Positions 25,114 through 34,205 of a stretch of 64,000 nucleotides of DNA are shown piece by piece. This DNA is from a virus (Duplodnaviria > Heunggongvirae > Uroviricota > Caudoviricetes). A program made the position numbers and the translations under genes. The DNA lies in the IMG/VR virus record IMGVR_UViG_3300021475_000005; one strand, written 5' to 3'. Each line of letters starts with the position of its first letter. Within the stretch, counting starts at the first letter, position 1. Under the pieces are notes generated by a model. The model saw only the letters and a program-made list of their open reading frames with translations, had not been told where the DNA came from and ran no database searches.

Positions 25114-25221
25114 TTAAGCGGCGACGCGCATATCTCGGCCCGTCGAACGTTCAAGTTCGCGGGCAACGGTGCCGGAGAGGCACACGTGCATGAGTGCGCG
25201 GATGTGATTCGAGATAACCAT
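25114..25221 (-). CDS. Leader peptide B (MVISNHIRALMHVCLSGTVARELERSTGRDMRVAA)
   Basis: Leaderless-type ATG after TTGACA(25255-25250)-17-GATGAA; precedes the Glu/Glu/Asp tRNAs; alternative RNA pairings present. Confidence 0.55.
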   Translation of the reverse strand: MVISNHIRALMHVCLSGTVARELERSTGRDMRVAA

Positions 25222-25337
25222 GCGCTTTCATCTCATTTTCAGACGGCCTTGTCAAGAATGCCTCGATAATATAGACGCCATATAGGAAAGCGGCTGAAAT
25301 CCGGCACTACCGGTCATAAAAAGCGACAGATGCCATA

Positions 25338-25366
25338 TTGACAGCCCCATTCCACTCCATTACACC
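25338..25366 (+). promoter_or_regulatory. Promoter of the RHH/OmpA/ABC operon
   Basis: TTGACA-17 nt-TACACC. Confidence 0.7.
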
Positions 25367-25393
25367 GCATCCCATAAAGAAGGGTCTCACTAC

Positions 25394-25570
25394 ATGGCGA
25401 AAAAACCGCCGAAGAAGAAAGAGTCCAGACTAGCTATGGCGTTGATGCAGAAGGATCGGGCGCTGATCGATAAAGCCGCTGCCCTTCTCGGCCTTCCACC
25501 CTCTGTCTGGGGACGTGCAATCATTCTCAAAGAGGCGGCAAAAGTCGTCGAAGCGGCAGGCGCAAAATGA
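25394..25570 (+). CDS. Ribbon-helix-helix (DUF1778-like) DNA-binding protein, 58 aa
   Basis: Below the track cutoff; MAKKPPKKKESRLAMALMQKDRALIDKAAALLGLPPSVWGRAIILKEAAKVVEAAGAK; ATGA overlap with the next gene. Confidence 0.7.
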   Translation: MAKKPPKKKESRLAMALMQKDRALIDKAAALLGLPPSVWGRAIILKEAAKVVEAAGAK

Positions 25571-26253
25571 CCAAACACCCGAGCATGTTGGAAAAACTGG
25601 GACTCGTCGAAAGCGACGAGCCGGAACTGCCACATGATCTTCCTCATGCGCCGCCACCCGCGCAGCCCTTGATGCAACCAAATACAATGGTGCCTCCTCC
25701 GGCTGCGGTCACTGGCGCACAACCTCCTCCGCAATTTACTTCAAGCGCTCCTTTATATACCGCGCCTGCGGTCCTGACCGAAGCCGACCAGAAGCAACTG
25801 CAAGCAATGACGACGCAAGTCTACGCGATGCCTTCTACATACGTTATCTTCCAACGTGTGCGTGAGAGCTTGGGTAATATCTCGGATGTCAATATGATAT
25901 TCAAGGTGTTGTCGGCGGCAAACCCGGGCGTCACAACCGATAAGGTTGTTGCAGATATCGAAACTCATCTTGGGATCGTCGGTACGCTGCGGGCTCGCTT
26001 CGATCAGCAGATGAAGGACGCACGTGCTGCAAAGATTGATGGTCCAACGCAAGGGATTGCCGATCTCACTGCGGCGAATGCGGCTGCCGTTCAGCAGATC
26101 GCCGACCGCACAGCCAAGATCGCGCAGATGCAGACAGATATTGCGAATGCCGACCGGGCTCTCCAAGATGCGGCGGTACATTTCAAACTGGTTGAAGATC
26201 AGTTGAACGCGCCTCTGCTCCAAACCAAACAGCTTCTCTCCACCGCTCACTAA
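25567..26253 (+). CDS. Coiled-coil protein with Pro-rich N-terminus
   Basis: 228 aa; LEKLGLVES start and C-terminal heptads. Confidence 0.75.
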   Translation: MTKHPSMLEKLGLVESDEPELPHDLPHAPPPAQPLMQPNTMVPPPAAVTGAQPPPQFTSSAPLYTAPAVLTEADQKQLQAMTTQVYAMPSTYVIFQRVRESLGNISDVNMIFKVLSAANPGVTTDKVVADIETHLGIVGTLRARFDQQMKDARAAKIDGPTQGIADLTAANAAAVQQIADRTAKIAQMQTDIANADRALQDAAVHFKLVEDQLNAPLLQTKQLLSTAH

Positions 26254-26262
26254 GGAATTGAT

Positions 26263-27285
26263 ATGAGCAACGATCTGGTCTCGACGCCGTGGACTCCACC
26301 GGAGTCCAAAGTCATGCAGTCAATCGTCAAATGGGGAGGTTTGGCTGCGCTCGTAATTGGAGGTTTCATTGCCTTCAATACGTTTGCGCCAACGGTCGTG
26401 ACTGCTGTCACGTTGCTCAATCTTATCTTGCAAGACGCCACGCACATGATCATTTCCGGAGTCGGGTTGATCATCGTGGCTTGGCTGGCGAGAGAAACAA
26501 TCAGCCCGGCTGGCAGTATCAATCGCCTTCTCCGGATGCCGTATTGGATCATGGTCAACGGTTTGACCAGATTCTTTTTGAACATCGATCCACTTTCGCC
26601 GATCACGGAACGGTTGCAAGCCGTCCGCGCCGATCAGGCGCAGTTTCAAAAGCAGTTCGAAACACTCGATGGCCTGATTTCAAGTCTGCACGATAAGGCG
26701 GCGAACTATCGCGATCAGAGTGCGAAAGCCCAACGGCTTGGAATCGCTGCAACCAAGCAGGGTCAAAAAGCTGCGGCTGAAGTCGCCATTTCAAATTTCG
26801 GTCGATTCAAAGATGCTGCTGATTCTTATGAGGCGACGGCACAACGGCTTGATCCAATCCGCAAGACTTTTCAGAACATTTCGCAGGCGTGCGATATCAC
26901 GGCCCAGAAACTTGAAACTGAGCGCACTCTCCTTGCCGACAAATGGCAAGTACAGAAAGCAGTGGGTTCTGCTACGAAGGCCGCGAGTCGTATTCTCGGT
27001 CGTTCTAAGACGCAGGTCTGGGATATGGCACAACAGGCGGAGACGCTCATCGATACCAAATATTCCGAAGAGCTTGGGCATCTCGATCACCTGAAAAATT
27101 ACGCGGAACCGTTCTTGCAATCGATTGACGTGGAAAATGCGTCATACAGCGAAGAAATGTTCCAGCAAGTTCAGACAGGGGGAGCCAAACTACTCGAATC
27201 AACGGCTGCGACACCACTTCCTCTGGCCCCTCCCGTTGAGGCAAGTACATCTTCGGATATGCTTGCCGGATTCATCCGTTCGTAG
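26263..27285 (+). CDS. Membrane-anchored coiled-coil (PspA/IM30-like) protein
   Basis: Two N-terminal TM helices followed by a long helical coiled coil. Confidence 0.7.
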   Translation: MSNDLVSTPWTPPESKVMQSIVKWGGLAALVIGGFIAFNTFAPTVVTAVTLLNLILQDATHMIISGVGLIIVAWLARETISPAGSINRLLRMPYWIMVNGLTRFFLNIDPLSPITERLQAVRADQAQFQKQFETLDGLISSLHDKAANYRDQSAKAQRLGIAATKQGQKAAAEVAISNFGRFKDAADSYEATAQRLDPIRKTFQNISQACDITAQKLETERTLLADKWQVQKAVGSATKAASRILGRSKTQVWDMAQQAETLIDTKYSEELGHLDHLKNYAEPFLQSIDVENASYSEEMFQQVQTGGAKLLESTAATPLPLAPPVEASTSSDMLAGFIRS

Positions 27286-27304
27286 ATTTAATCAGGAGAC
27301 GACA

Positions 27305-29071
27305 ATGGCATTGAAAATTACACGCGCAGGCTTTCTTGTCATCGCCGTCGTGGGCGTCGCGGCCCTCGGCGCGCTCGGCAAGTTCGCCATCAACAAAGGC
27401 ATTCTCGGCAAACCGACAGACGTTGTGTCGTCGGTTCCGACAGTCACGACAATTCAACACTTTACTGTGTCGGATTCTGCGGCGACTTATTCCCTTCCCG
27501 TATCTGCCAAACCAACTTCCATGCCGACATGTCCGGTCATGGAAGAACTGGCATGGAATGCCATGGGCGCACTCAACGTCGCCAATGGCGGTGCAGAGAC
27601 CGACCGCGATTCCATGGTCGCCAAATATACGAATGGCGGCTGCATCTCGCTCAAGCGTCAAGACGATTATGGGCAGATGGAAACCAATCTTGCAGCTTTC
27701 GTCAGTTCCGATGGAGCGAAAGGCGACGCGTTTATCGCTATTATGGGCGACGCCTATCCGTATGTCGCTGCCGCGCTTCAGAAATTGATTCCGGGACAGT
27801 TTGAAGCCATCGGCGCTATCGGCTTCTCGGATGGCGAAGACAAGTGCATGCTTCCGGGCGAGGTTGCCAAGGACCCGCAAAAGGCTCGCGGAACGCTCGT
27901 CGCTGCTGTGGCACGTGACGGCGACTGGAACATTTGCGTGAAGTGGGCATCGGACAATGGAATTCCGATCAATGTCGATCAGAAGACTTATGACCCGACC
28001 GCAATGAACTTCATGGATGTGGATGCTTTCACGACCGCCGACGACAAACTCATTGCAGGCGCTTGCGAAGATCGTACGGTTGTGTCGAACGGTCTGACGC
28101 ATGGTACGAAGAAAGTCTGCGTCAACGGCGTAGCGACATGGACACCGGGCGACGTGGATGTCATCAAGAAATATCCGGGCAGCATCGTCGGCGTTGCATC
28201 GACACATGACTATGCAGGGCAGATGCCAGCCCTCATCATCGGTGCGAAAACATGGATGGCGGCGCACCACGATTACGTGGTCGGCTTGCTACGGGCTTCC
28301 GACCGGGGCGCGATGGCGATCCGGACCAGTGAAGGTGGCTTGATGCAAATGGGCGCAGCAAACGCTCAAATCTTCAAGGAGCAAACGCCAGACTATTGGG
28401 CGCACTATTTCAAAGGCGAAACTGTCTCACACGCTGGCGATATGGTGAACCTCGGCGGTTCGAAAGTGATCACGCTTCAAGAAGAACGCGATTACTTCGG
28501 CATGCGCGCTGGCACCGAAAACATTTACGCATCGGTCTATCGCGTGTTCGCAAACTATGATGGGACGTTCTACCCGACCCTGTATCCGAAATCTGGATCG
28601 GATTCTATTCCGTCATACGAAGAGGTCGTCGATACCAGCTATCTCGCCGATGCTCTTGCCGGAATTCCCGAAACTCAAGGCGCAGTCACTGCTGCACTGG
28701 CAGTGTCGGCTCCTATCACGCAGACGGTCTCCAAGAAGTCTTGGCACATCGAGTTTGACTCCGGTCAGGCAACGATCAAGCCGGATTCGATGAATCAGCT
28801 TTATCAGATCGAAGATACGGCGGCGATGACCAATCTCCGTATTCGCTTGGATGGCTATACGGACAGCACGGGGTCGGCGACGCGTAACATTCCGCTCTCG
28901 GAAGCGCGGGCTCAGGCCGTGGCTAACTGGTTGACGACCAAAGCTCCGAATAACTTCCCGGCTACGCGTATGGAAGCCCGTGGGCACGGTTCTGACGATC
29001 CGCTGTGCTCTGATAACACGGCAGATTGCCGCGCTCAGAACCGTCGCGTTGAAATCAGCCTAGGATCATAA
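27305..29071 (+). CDS. ABC substrate-binding-like protein fused to a C-terminal OmpA peptidoglycan-binding domain
   Basis: N-terminal TM anchor; ATWTPGD binding-protein motif; IEFDSGQATI...DGYTDSTG...LSEARAQAV...NRRVEI; AGGAG RBS at 27305. Confidence 0.85.
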   Translation: MALKITRAGFLVIAVVGVAALGALGKFAINKGILGKPTDVVSSVPTVTTIQHFTVSDSAATYSLPVSAKPTSMPTCPVMEELAWNAMGALNVANGGAETDRDSMVAKYTNGGCISLKRQDDYGQMETNLAAFVSSDGAKGDAFIAIMGDAYPYVAAALQKLIPGQFEAIGAIGFSDGEDKCMLPGEVAKDPQKARGTLVAAVARDGDWNICVKWASDNGIPINVDQKTYDPTAMNFMDVDAFTTADDKLIAGACEDRTVVSNGLTHGTKKVCVNGVATWTPGDVDVIKKYPGSIVGVASTHDYAGQMPALIIGAKTWMAAHHDYVVGLLRASDRGAMAIRTSEGGLMQMGAANAQIFKEQTPDYWAHYFKGETVSHAGDMVNLGGSKVITLQEERDYFGMRAGTENIYASVYRVFANYDGTFYPTLYPKSGSDSIPSYEEVVDTSYLADALAGIPETQGAVTAALAVSAPITQTVSKKSWHIEFDSGQATIKPDSMNQLYQIEDTAAMTNLRIRLDGYTDSTGSATRNIPLSEARAQAVANWLTTKAPNNFPATRMEARGHGSDDPLCSDNTADCRAQNRRVEISLGS

Positions 29072-29106
29072 TCTCTTTCTCACTGTGTCTTAAAAAGGAG
29101 TTGTCC

Positions 29107-29307
29107 ATGACTGCATTCAAACAGAAACTCGTTACTGCCGTCGTAGGTGCGATGGCAGGGCGCAAATGCGATTGCGAAGGCTGCAATTGCCACTATGGGG
29201 AGGCGGACGCCGAAAAGCTCGTTTCCGCCATCGCGCCAATCGTTGCCGACGAATGCGCAAAGGAAGTTCACGACGATCTTCTGGCTCGCCTTCGCCTGCA
29301 CGCCTGA
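29107..29307 (+). CDS. Hypothetical protein
   Basis: AAGGAG RBS; CDCEGCNCH. Confidence 0.55.
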   Translation: MTAFKQKLVTAVVGAMAGRKCDCEGCNCHYGEADAEKLVSAIAPIVADECAKEVHDDLLARLRLHA

Positions 29308-29348
29308 CAATACGGCGAGGAAAAGCATAAATGAGTACGTGCCGCGAA

Positions 29349-29582
29349 ATGCCTATCGTAACCAAGTATGCTTTCCTCGTCGAACTAGGCGAAGATGAGT
29401 ACATGCCTTATGGATGGTTCCATGAGCCCAGTAACAATCCTCTCGACACGGGAGGTCATTGGGAATCTCTTTCGGTCGTCTCCTATCCCCTAAAGAAAGC
29501 CAGTGAGATTGCAGAGAGGCATCATCTTGATACGGTCGAGGATTATGAGTTATGGGCTGCAATAAATGAGATAGAGGAGTGA
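29349..29582 (+). CDS. Hypothetical protein
   Basis: Acidic ORF with GTGA overlap to the next gene. Confidence 0.55.
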   Translation: MPIVTKYAFLVELGEDEYMPYGWFHEPSNNPLDTGGHWESLSVVSYPLKKASEIAERHHLDTVEDYELWAAINEIEE

Positions 29583-29806
29583 CATTGCTGACGGCATTTG
29601 GCTTGCTCGCCGTCACTTTAATGATTCTGTTTCATAGCCTTGAGTCTCGTAGTCATTGGTTCATGCTGGCGTTCGCTGGAAGTTGTCTTTTGGGATCGAT
29701 CTACGGTTTTGCGCAAGGAGCATGGCCCTTTGGAATTGCAGAATTCGTCTGGACGGGAACCGCTCTCGTGAAGTGGAATACGATCAGGAAGATGATGCCG
29801 AAATGA
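29579..29806 (+). CDS. Small multi-pass membrane protein
   Basis: Hydrophobic 75 aa; YGFAQGAWPFGIAEFVW. Confidence 0.7.
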   Translation: MTLLTAFGLLAVTLMILFHSLESRSHWFMLAFAGSCLLGSIYGFAQGAWPFGIAEFVWTGTALVKWNTIRKMMPK

Positions 29807-30033
29807 GACGGAACGAATGCACTGAAGACCTGAAAAAGCCTTGGGCAAATCGTATGCGCAGGGATACTCAAGTCGCGGGAGCAATCGAATTAGCCTTCCT
29901 GCGAGGTGAACAATCCGGGCGCGAGAAAACGATTGCGCGTGTTCTCAAAATCATCGCTAAGTGGTTTTCCAGTGATTCTGATATCAAAGGCTGCCTCCGG
30001 GAAGTCCGTGCATTGAAGGACGACCATTCATGA
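29803..30033 (+). CDS. Hypothetical protein
   Basis: ATGA overlaps on both sides. Confidence 0.55.
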   Translation: MRRNECTEDLKKPWANRMRRDTQVAGAIELAFLRGEQSGREKTIARVLKIIAKWFSSDSDIKGCLREVRALKDDHS

Positions 30034-30818
30034 ACAATCTGCTTTCCCTCATCACGCCGAATGCCTGTATCAATAAGAGTACGCGGTCGGCGATCATCTT
30101 CGGCTGGATTGTTGTCACGCTGTTGATCTGGCAATTCGTTGATATCCGTTTCCTTCCCAAGCCAACTGAAATTCTCAATGCGTTCGAGACGCTCCGGCAG
30201 AATGGTACCTTCCTTGAATTCGGCACCAGCATCTGGACGATGATGGAAGCAATCTTCTGGACTGTCGCGATTTCACTTTCGCTCGCGTATTTGTCCGTCT
30301 TGCCCATCCTCGAACCATTCGTAAAGTTCATCACCGGGCTTCGCTATCTCGGCCTCGTCGGCCTCATGCTGGCCTTCACGCTGATCGCGCCGGACGGGCA
30401 TGCACTCAAGGTCATGGTGCTGACGTTCGGTATGACAGTCTTTTATCTCCGCGATATGCTCAGTATTGTTCAAGCAATCCCGCAGGAAGAATATGACCAT
30501 GCCGAGACCCTCGGGATGAGCCAGATTCGCATCATCTATGAGGTGATCGTCTTGGGAACCCTCGACGAGGCGCTCGAATCTCTTCGCGTCAATGCTGCGA
30601 TGGGTTGGATGATGCTGACAATGGTCGAGGGCATCGTTCGCTCAGAGGGCGGCATAGGCACCGTGCTGATCAATATGAACCGGCATATGGATTTGCCCGC
30701 AACCGGCGCGATCCTGATTAGCCTTTTCTGTGTTGGAATTATTCAGGACTTCCTCATTGGGATGTTCCGAAACTATATCGCTTGCCCGTATGCCAATCTC
30801 GGGAAAGGACGCGGCTGA
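30030..30818 (+). CDS. ABC transporter permease (SsuC/TauC-like)
   Basis: Multiple TM helices, FLPKPTEI, EAA-like loop (YDHAETLGMS), EGGIG. Confidence 0.9.
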   Translation: MNNLLSLITPNACINKSTRSAIIFGWIVVTLLIWQFVDIRFLPKPTEILNAFETLRQNGTFLEFGTSIWTMMEAIFWTVAISLSLAYLSVLPILEPFVKFITGLRYLGLVGLMLAFTLIAPDGHALKVMVLTFGMTVFYLRDMLSIVQAIPQEEYDHAETLGMSQIRIIYEVIVLGTLDEALESLRVNAAMGWMMLTMVEGIVRSEGGIGTVLINMNRHMDLPATGAILISLFCVGIIQDFLIGMFRNYIACPYANLGKGRG

Positions 30819-31645
30819 TGTCTTCTGATTACACTTACGAGCGCGCCGAAGTTCTGCTTAAGGTCACTGGCCTGTGCGTGAACTACAGCTTGCCGATCCT
30901 GCGCGATGTCAATATCGAAATTCGGGACATCAAACGTCCGGGGATCACGCAAGGCCAGAAAGTGGCGCTCTTGGCACCGAGCGGGACAGGTAAGACGCAA
31001 CTCTTCAAACGCCTCTCAGGACTTCTTCCGCCCAGTTCAGGTACCGTTCTGATTGGCATTGACCAGACGCCAGTCAAAGCTGGAATGGTTGGAATAGTGC
31101 CTCAGAATTACCTCCTGTTCGGACACCGAACGGTCGAGAGCAGTCTGCTTTTGGCTGCCGGGATGCGCGAAAAAAACAGTACGACGGCAAAGGCCAAGGT
31201 TCTGGAGCTTCTGGAGCAGTTCGGACTTGCCGATAAGCGTCACGTCTATCCGCAGGAGCTTTCAGGGGGCCAGAGACAGCGAATCTCGATTGCCGAGCAG
31301 TTGCTCTCTAGCAATCACTTTCTGCTCATGGACGAGCCGTTCTCGGGCTTGGACATCATCGCGAAGAAAACGGTCTGCGATGTGATCGATGCGGTATCGT
31401 CGCGAGACGAACTGAATACGACCATCTTCTCGACCCACGACATCGAGAGCGCCGTCATGATCGCAGATACGATCCTGATCCTCGGACGCGATAAGGATGT
31501 TCATGGAATGCCGGTACCGGGTGCGCGTATCCAGCAGACCATCGATCTAATCGAGCGCAACTTGGCGTGGCATACGGACGTGGAGCATATGCCGAACTTC
31601 GTTTCTACCGTTCAGGAAATCAAGAGCATCTTTACGACACTATGA
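30818..31645 (+). CDS. ABC transporter ATP-binding protein
   Basis: APSGTGKT, LSGGQRQR, LLMDEPFSGLD, STHD. Confidence 0.95.
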   Translation: MSSDYTYERAEVLLKVTGLCVNYSLPILRDVNIEIRDIKRPGITQGQKVALLAPSGTGKTQLFKRLSGLLPPSSGTVLIGIDQTPVKAGMVGIVPQNYLLFGHRTVESSLLLAAGMREKNSTTAKAKVLELLEQFGLADKRHVYPQELSGGQRQRISIAEQLLSSNHFLLMDEPFSGLDIIAKKTVCDVIDAVSSRDELNTTIFSTHDIESAVMIADTILILGRDKDVHGMPVPGARIQQTIDLIERNLAWHTDVEHMPNFVSTVQEIKSIFTTL

Positions 31646-31851
31646 CCGCGTTTGATATCTTCATGGGGTGGGCCTACACGATGATGGGAAGTTCTCTCAT
31701 CTGCGTAAGTGCACTTTGGTTCTCGTCGGTGATCAAACTGAATCTTAAAGTCGCGGACACCGGCATCTTTGGCGTCATCATGCCGATCTTGATGGCGACA
31801 GGTCTGTTCCTTGTCTGGAACGGAATTCCTATTGTTCTTGGAATCAACTAG
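31642..31851 (+). CDS. Small membrane protein
   Basis: Two TM helices; ATGA overlap. Confidence 0.6.
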   Translation: MTAFDIFMGWAYTMMGSSLICVSALWFSSVIKLNLKVADTGIFGVIMPILMATGLFLVWNGIPIVLGIN

Positions 31852-31860
31852 GAGAAAGCT

Positions 31861-32577
31861 ATGCACCTGAATATGATGCAAGTCGTAACACCAGAAGAAC
31901 AGATGAAAACGCTCATTGCGAACTCCTACCGCGACTTCCATGCGCCGGGCGTCGATTACGTTTGCCTGCATAGGCATCCGCATCTGACCATAAAGGCGTA
32001 TTTCTTCGATGAAGGAAGTGGACGCGCGCTTGGGAAGAACCGGCAGATCGTCAGTCCACATGACCATCGCTACGATTTTGCTACTCTCGTCCTACGTGGG
32101 AAAATAGGAAATGCCATATGGGTCGAAACGGCTGAGACGGGGATGTATGGCGACGGCGTTACAAAATTTTTGGAATACAGTTTCCGTACGCCTCTAAATG
32201 GCGGCGCAGGTTTCAAATATGAGCGCGAAAGCTGGCTCAGGTTAAGTGGTACTCGCGTTCACCAAGTCGGTTCGCGCCATACGATGTGCTATGACCAAAT
32301 CCATACACTCATCGATGTTGCGCCCGAAACCGTGCTGCTCATCTGGCAATATCCCGATGTGAAAGGGCCATTCGCATCGAGCCGTACATTCGTCGATCCC
32401 TACGGTGCCAGTATGCTGAAACATCCAACGGGTGCTCCATCACTGGAAGGCCTATACAACAAGTTTACAGAGGCCCAGATAACCCAAAGGCTGAAGCAAC
32501 TTGAGTCGCTTCAGCCCCGGATTCTTCAAAACTATGCGCTGCATAGCTTGGCAGGTTTGGACTACATCGCCGATTAG
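31861..32577 (+). CDS. Hypothetical protein, possible cupin-like fold
   Basis: PHDHRYDF...LRG and a later QIHTL resemble a cupin metal-binding motif. Confidence 0.55.
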   Translation: MHLNMMQVVTPEEQMKTLIANSYRDFHAPGVDYVCLHRHPHLTIKAYFFDEGSGRALGKNRQIVSPHDHRYDFATLVLRGKIGNAIWVETAETGMYGDGVTKFLEYSFRTPLNGGAGFKYERESWLRLSGTRVHQVGSRHTMCYDQIHTLIDVAPETVLLIWQYPDVKGPFASSRTFVDPYGASMLKHPTGAPSLEGLYNKFTEAQITQRLKQLESLQPRILQNYALHSLAGLDYIAD

Positions 32578-33041
32578 GCGTCGATGTACTCGATCATGAC
32601 GGTAGCTGCGCCGGTCGATCCGTCGCCGCCTGAAATTGAGATGCTGAGATCGCCGACAGGCTGCACGTAGACTGGCACATTAAAGTCGCCGGGCGCTGTG
32701 ACGGCTGCATGCGTTCCATCCGTGATGGACGTTGCAGCCAGTGCGCCGCTGCCGCCAGAATGGTCGCCTACGGTGATCTTACCGCCGCTTGGGTAAGCCG
32801 CAGTGACGTGCTCGCGGATGCCAATAATCTTCGAGCCTGACGGAAGCGCTGGGATCGCGACAGGGCCTGCTACGCCAATGGCGACGTGCTGGCACTTGAT
32901 GGCGAGAGCCACGGCTGCGGTAGCTGCCTTTCCTGCTGCATTAACTTCATTGAGTGCGCCCACCACATTGTTGCGATTGACGGTTGTCAATTGCGACATA
33001 TCGCTGTGGTCGCGTTCCGGATCGTATACGCCGCTTGCCAT
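32574..33041 (-). CDS. Putative virion structural protein
   Basis: LTTVNRNNVVGALNEV repeat plus a beta-rich domain; preceded by the recurrent promoter motif. Confidence 0.55.
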   Translation of the reverse strand: MASGVYDPERDHSDMSQLTTVNRNNVVGALNEVNAAGKAATAAVALAIKCQHVAIGVAGPVAIPALPSGSKIIGIREHVTAAYPSGGKITVGDHSGGSGALAATSITDGTHAAVTAPGDFNVPVYVQPVGDLSISISGGDGSTGAATVMIEYIDA

Positions 33042-33115
33042 GGAAATTTCCTTAAGAGATTATGAACTGCAAGATGACATTTAAGACAGATAGAGTCAAG
33101 AATGATGACTCATGA

Positions 33116-33760
33116 TTAGGTCCAAATAACAGGAACGTTCTGACTCGTTTGGAGGGTATTAAAGGTCAGCACAAGATAGTCTTGCGTGTATCCGGATGCA
33201 TTCGTATGCGAGACAGTTGTAGCCGTGTAATCGGTAAAGGCGTTCCAGTCTAACGTATTGGGCATTACATCAGGCGTTGCAATTTGCGGGCGACGAGGCA
33301 GTCCAATGCTTGCCGGATATGCGATGCATGGATAGCCTCCGGCTGCGCAGGCATACTGAACTGTCATCTCCAACTTGCGGTCGATAAACTCGCTTGATGT
33401 TAAAGCTAAAATATCCGCGCTCGACGCCGGAGGTGCTTGAACGACACCCCAGTAAACCAATGGAAGGAATTCAAGCTGGGTCCGCTGACGTGCCTGCGTA
33501 TCTTCATCGGCGCAAATCAGTTCCCATGTCGTATCGTCGGTGAAAGGACCGATTTGGGTGACCTGTGTAATGGCGGGGTTGAGAGCAACACCGTTGAGTG
33601 AAAGCGAGACGGCAGCTTTGGAAAGTCCCCAGTTTAGGATAACGGATGGGACAGTAGAACCGATCTCGGCAATCGGGGGATTTGGCGCGAAGATCGCGAC
33701 GACCATTTCGACCGGAACAGAGAACTGTCCGTAGAAAACACTATACGTGAAGTTGGTCAT
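33116..33760 (-). CDS. Putative virion structural protein
   Basis: Beta-rich; YPCIAYPASIG...TNASGYTQDY. Confidence 0.55.
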   Translation of the reverse strand: MTNFTYSVFYGQFSVPVEMVVAIFAPNPPIAEIGSTVPSVILNWGLSKAAVSLSLNGVALNPAITQVTQIGPFTDDTTWELICADEDTQARQRTQLEFLPLVYWGVVQAPPASSADILALTSSEFIDRKLEMTVQYACAAGGYPCIAYPASIGLPRRPQIATPDVMPNTLDWNAFTDYTATTVSHTNASGYTQDYLVLTFNTLQTSQNVPVIWT

Positions 33761-33770
33761 ATTACCTCAT

Positions 33771-33796
33771 AAAGAAATGGCACCCGAAGGTGCCAC
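33771..33796 (-). terminator. Terminator after the Trp-to-Gly tRNA cluster
   Basis: UGGCACC-UUCG-GGUGCCA-UUUCUUU. Confidence 0.75.
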
Positions 33797-33818
33797 TTCT
33801 CCGACTGAAGGGTCTGTC

Positions 33819-33894
33819 TGGTGCGGTGTGAGGATACTGATTCCCCGTCCTGCTGATTGGAAGTCAGCCGCTACCACCATTGAGCTAACACCGC
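33819..33894 (-). tRNA. tRNA-Gly(UCC), degenerate T-loop
   Basis: Loop CUUCCAA, CCA. Confidence 0.83.
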
Positions 33895-34127
33895 GAATTT
33901 CCGTGGTTGGCGATATCCTCACCTTTCCTGCTGCACCACAAACAGCGCTTCCTCATGCAGGTTACTCGACCATGTCTCCTTTAGGGCTTTAGACATGCAA
34001 TCGAAACCGAGAAACGTCAGAATATCATTCTATTTATTCCGGTCAGCCAAGGCCGTACTTATTTGAATGACAGAGCTAACGGCTATTACCAAAAGTCCTA
34101 CGCACCCGACATGGATGAATATCGAAT

Positions 34128-34200
34128 TGGCGCTAGGGGATGGGATTTCACCACCGATAGCAAATAAGCGCTTACATGCTATCTCTTACACGACCCAAGC
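34128..34200 (-). ncRNA. Anticodon-less tRNA-like RNA 1
   Basis: Acceptor GCUUGGG/CCCUAGC-G-CCA, T-arm GGUGG-UGAAAUC-CCAUC, no D-stem; a long helix replaces the anticodon arm. Confidence 0.65.
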
Positions 34201-34205
34201 AAACT

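Noticed and set aside
27125-27304. 648-aa start for the OmpA fusion
   Set aside because: Overlaps the upstream gene; the ATG at 27305 has an AGGAG RBS and a TM anchor.
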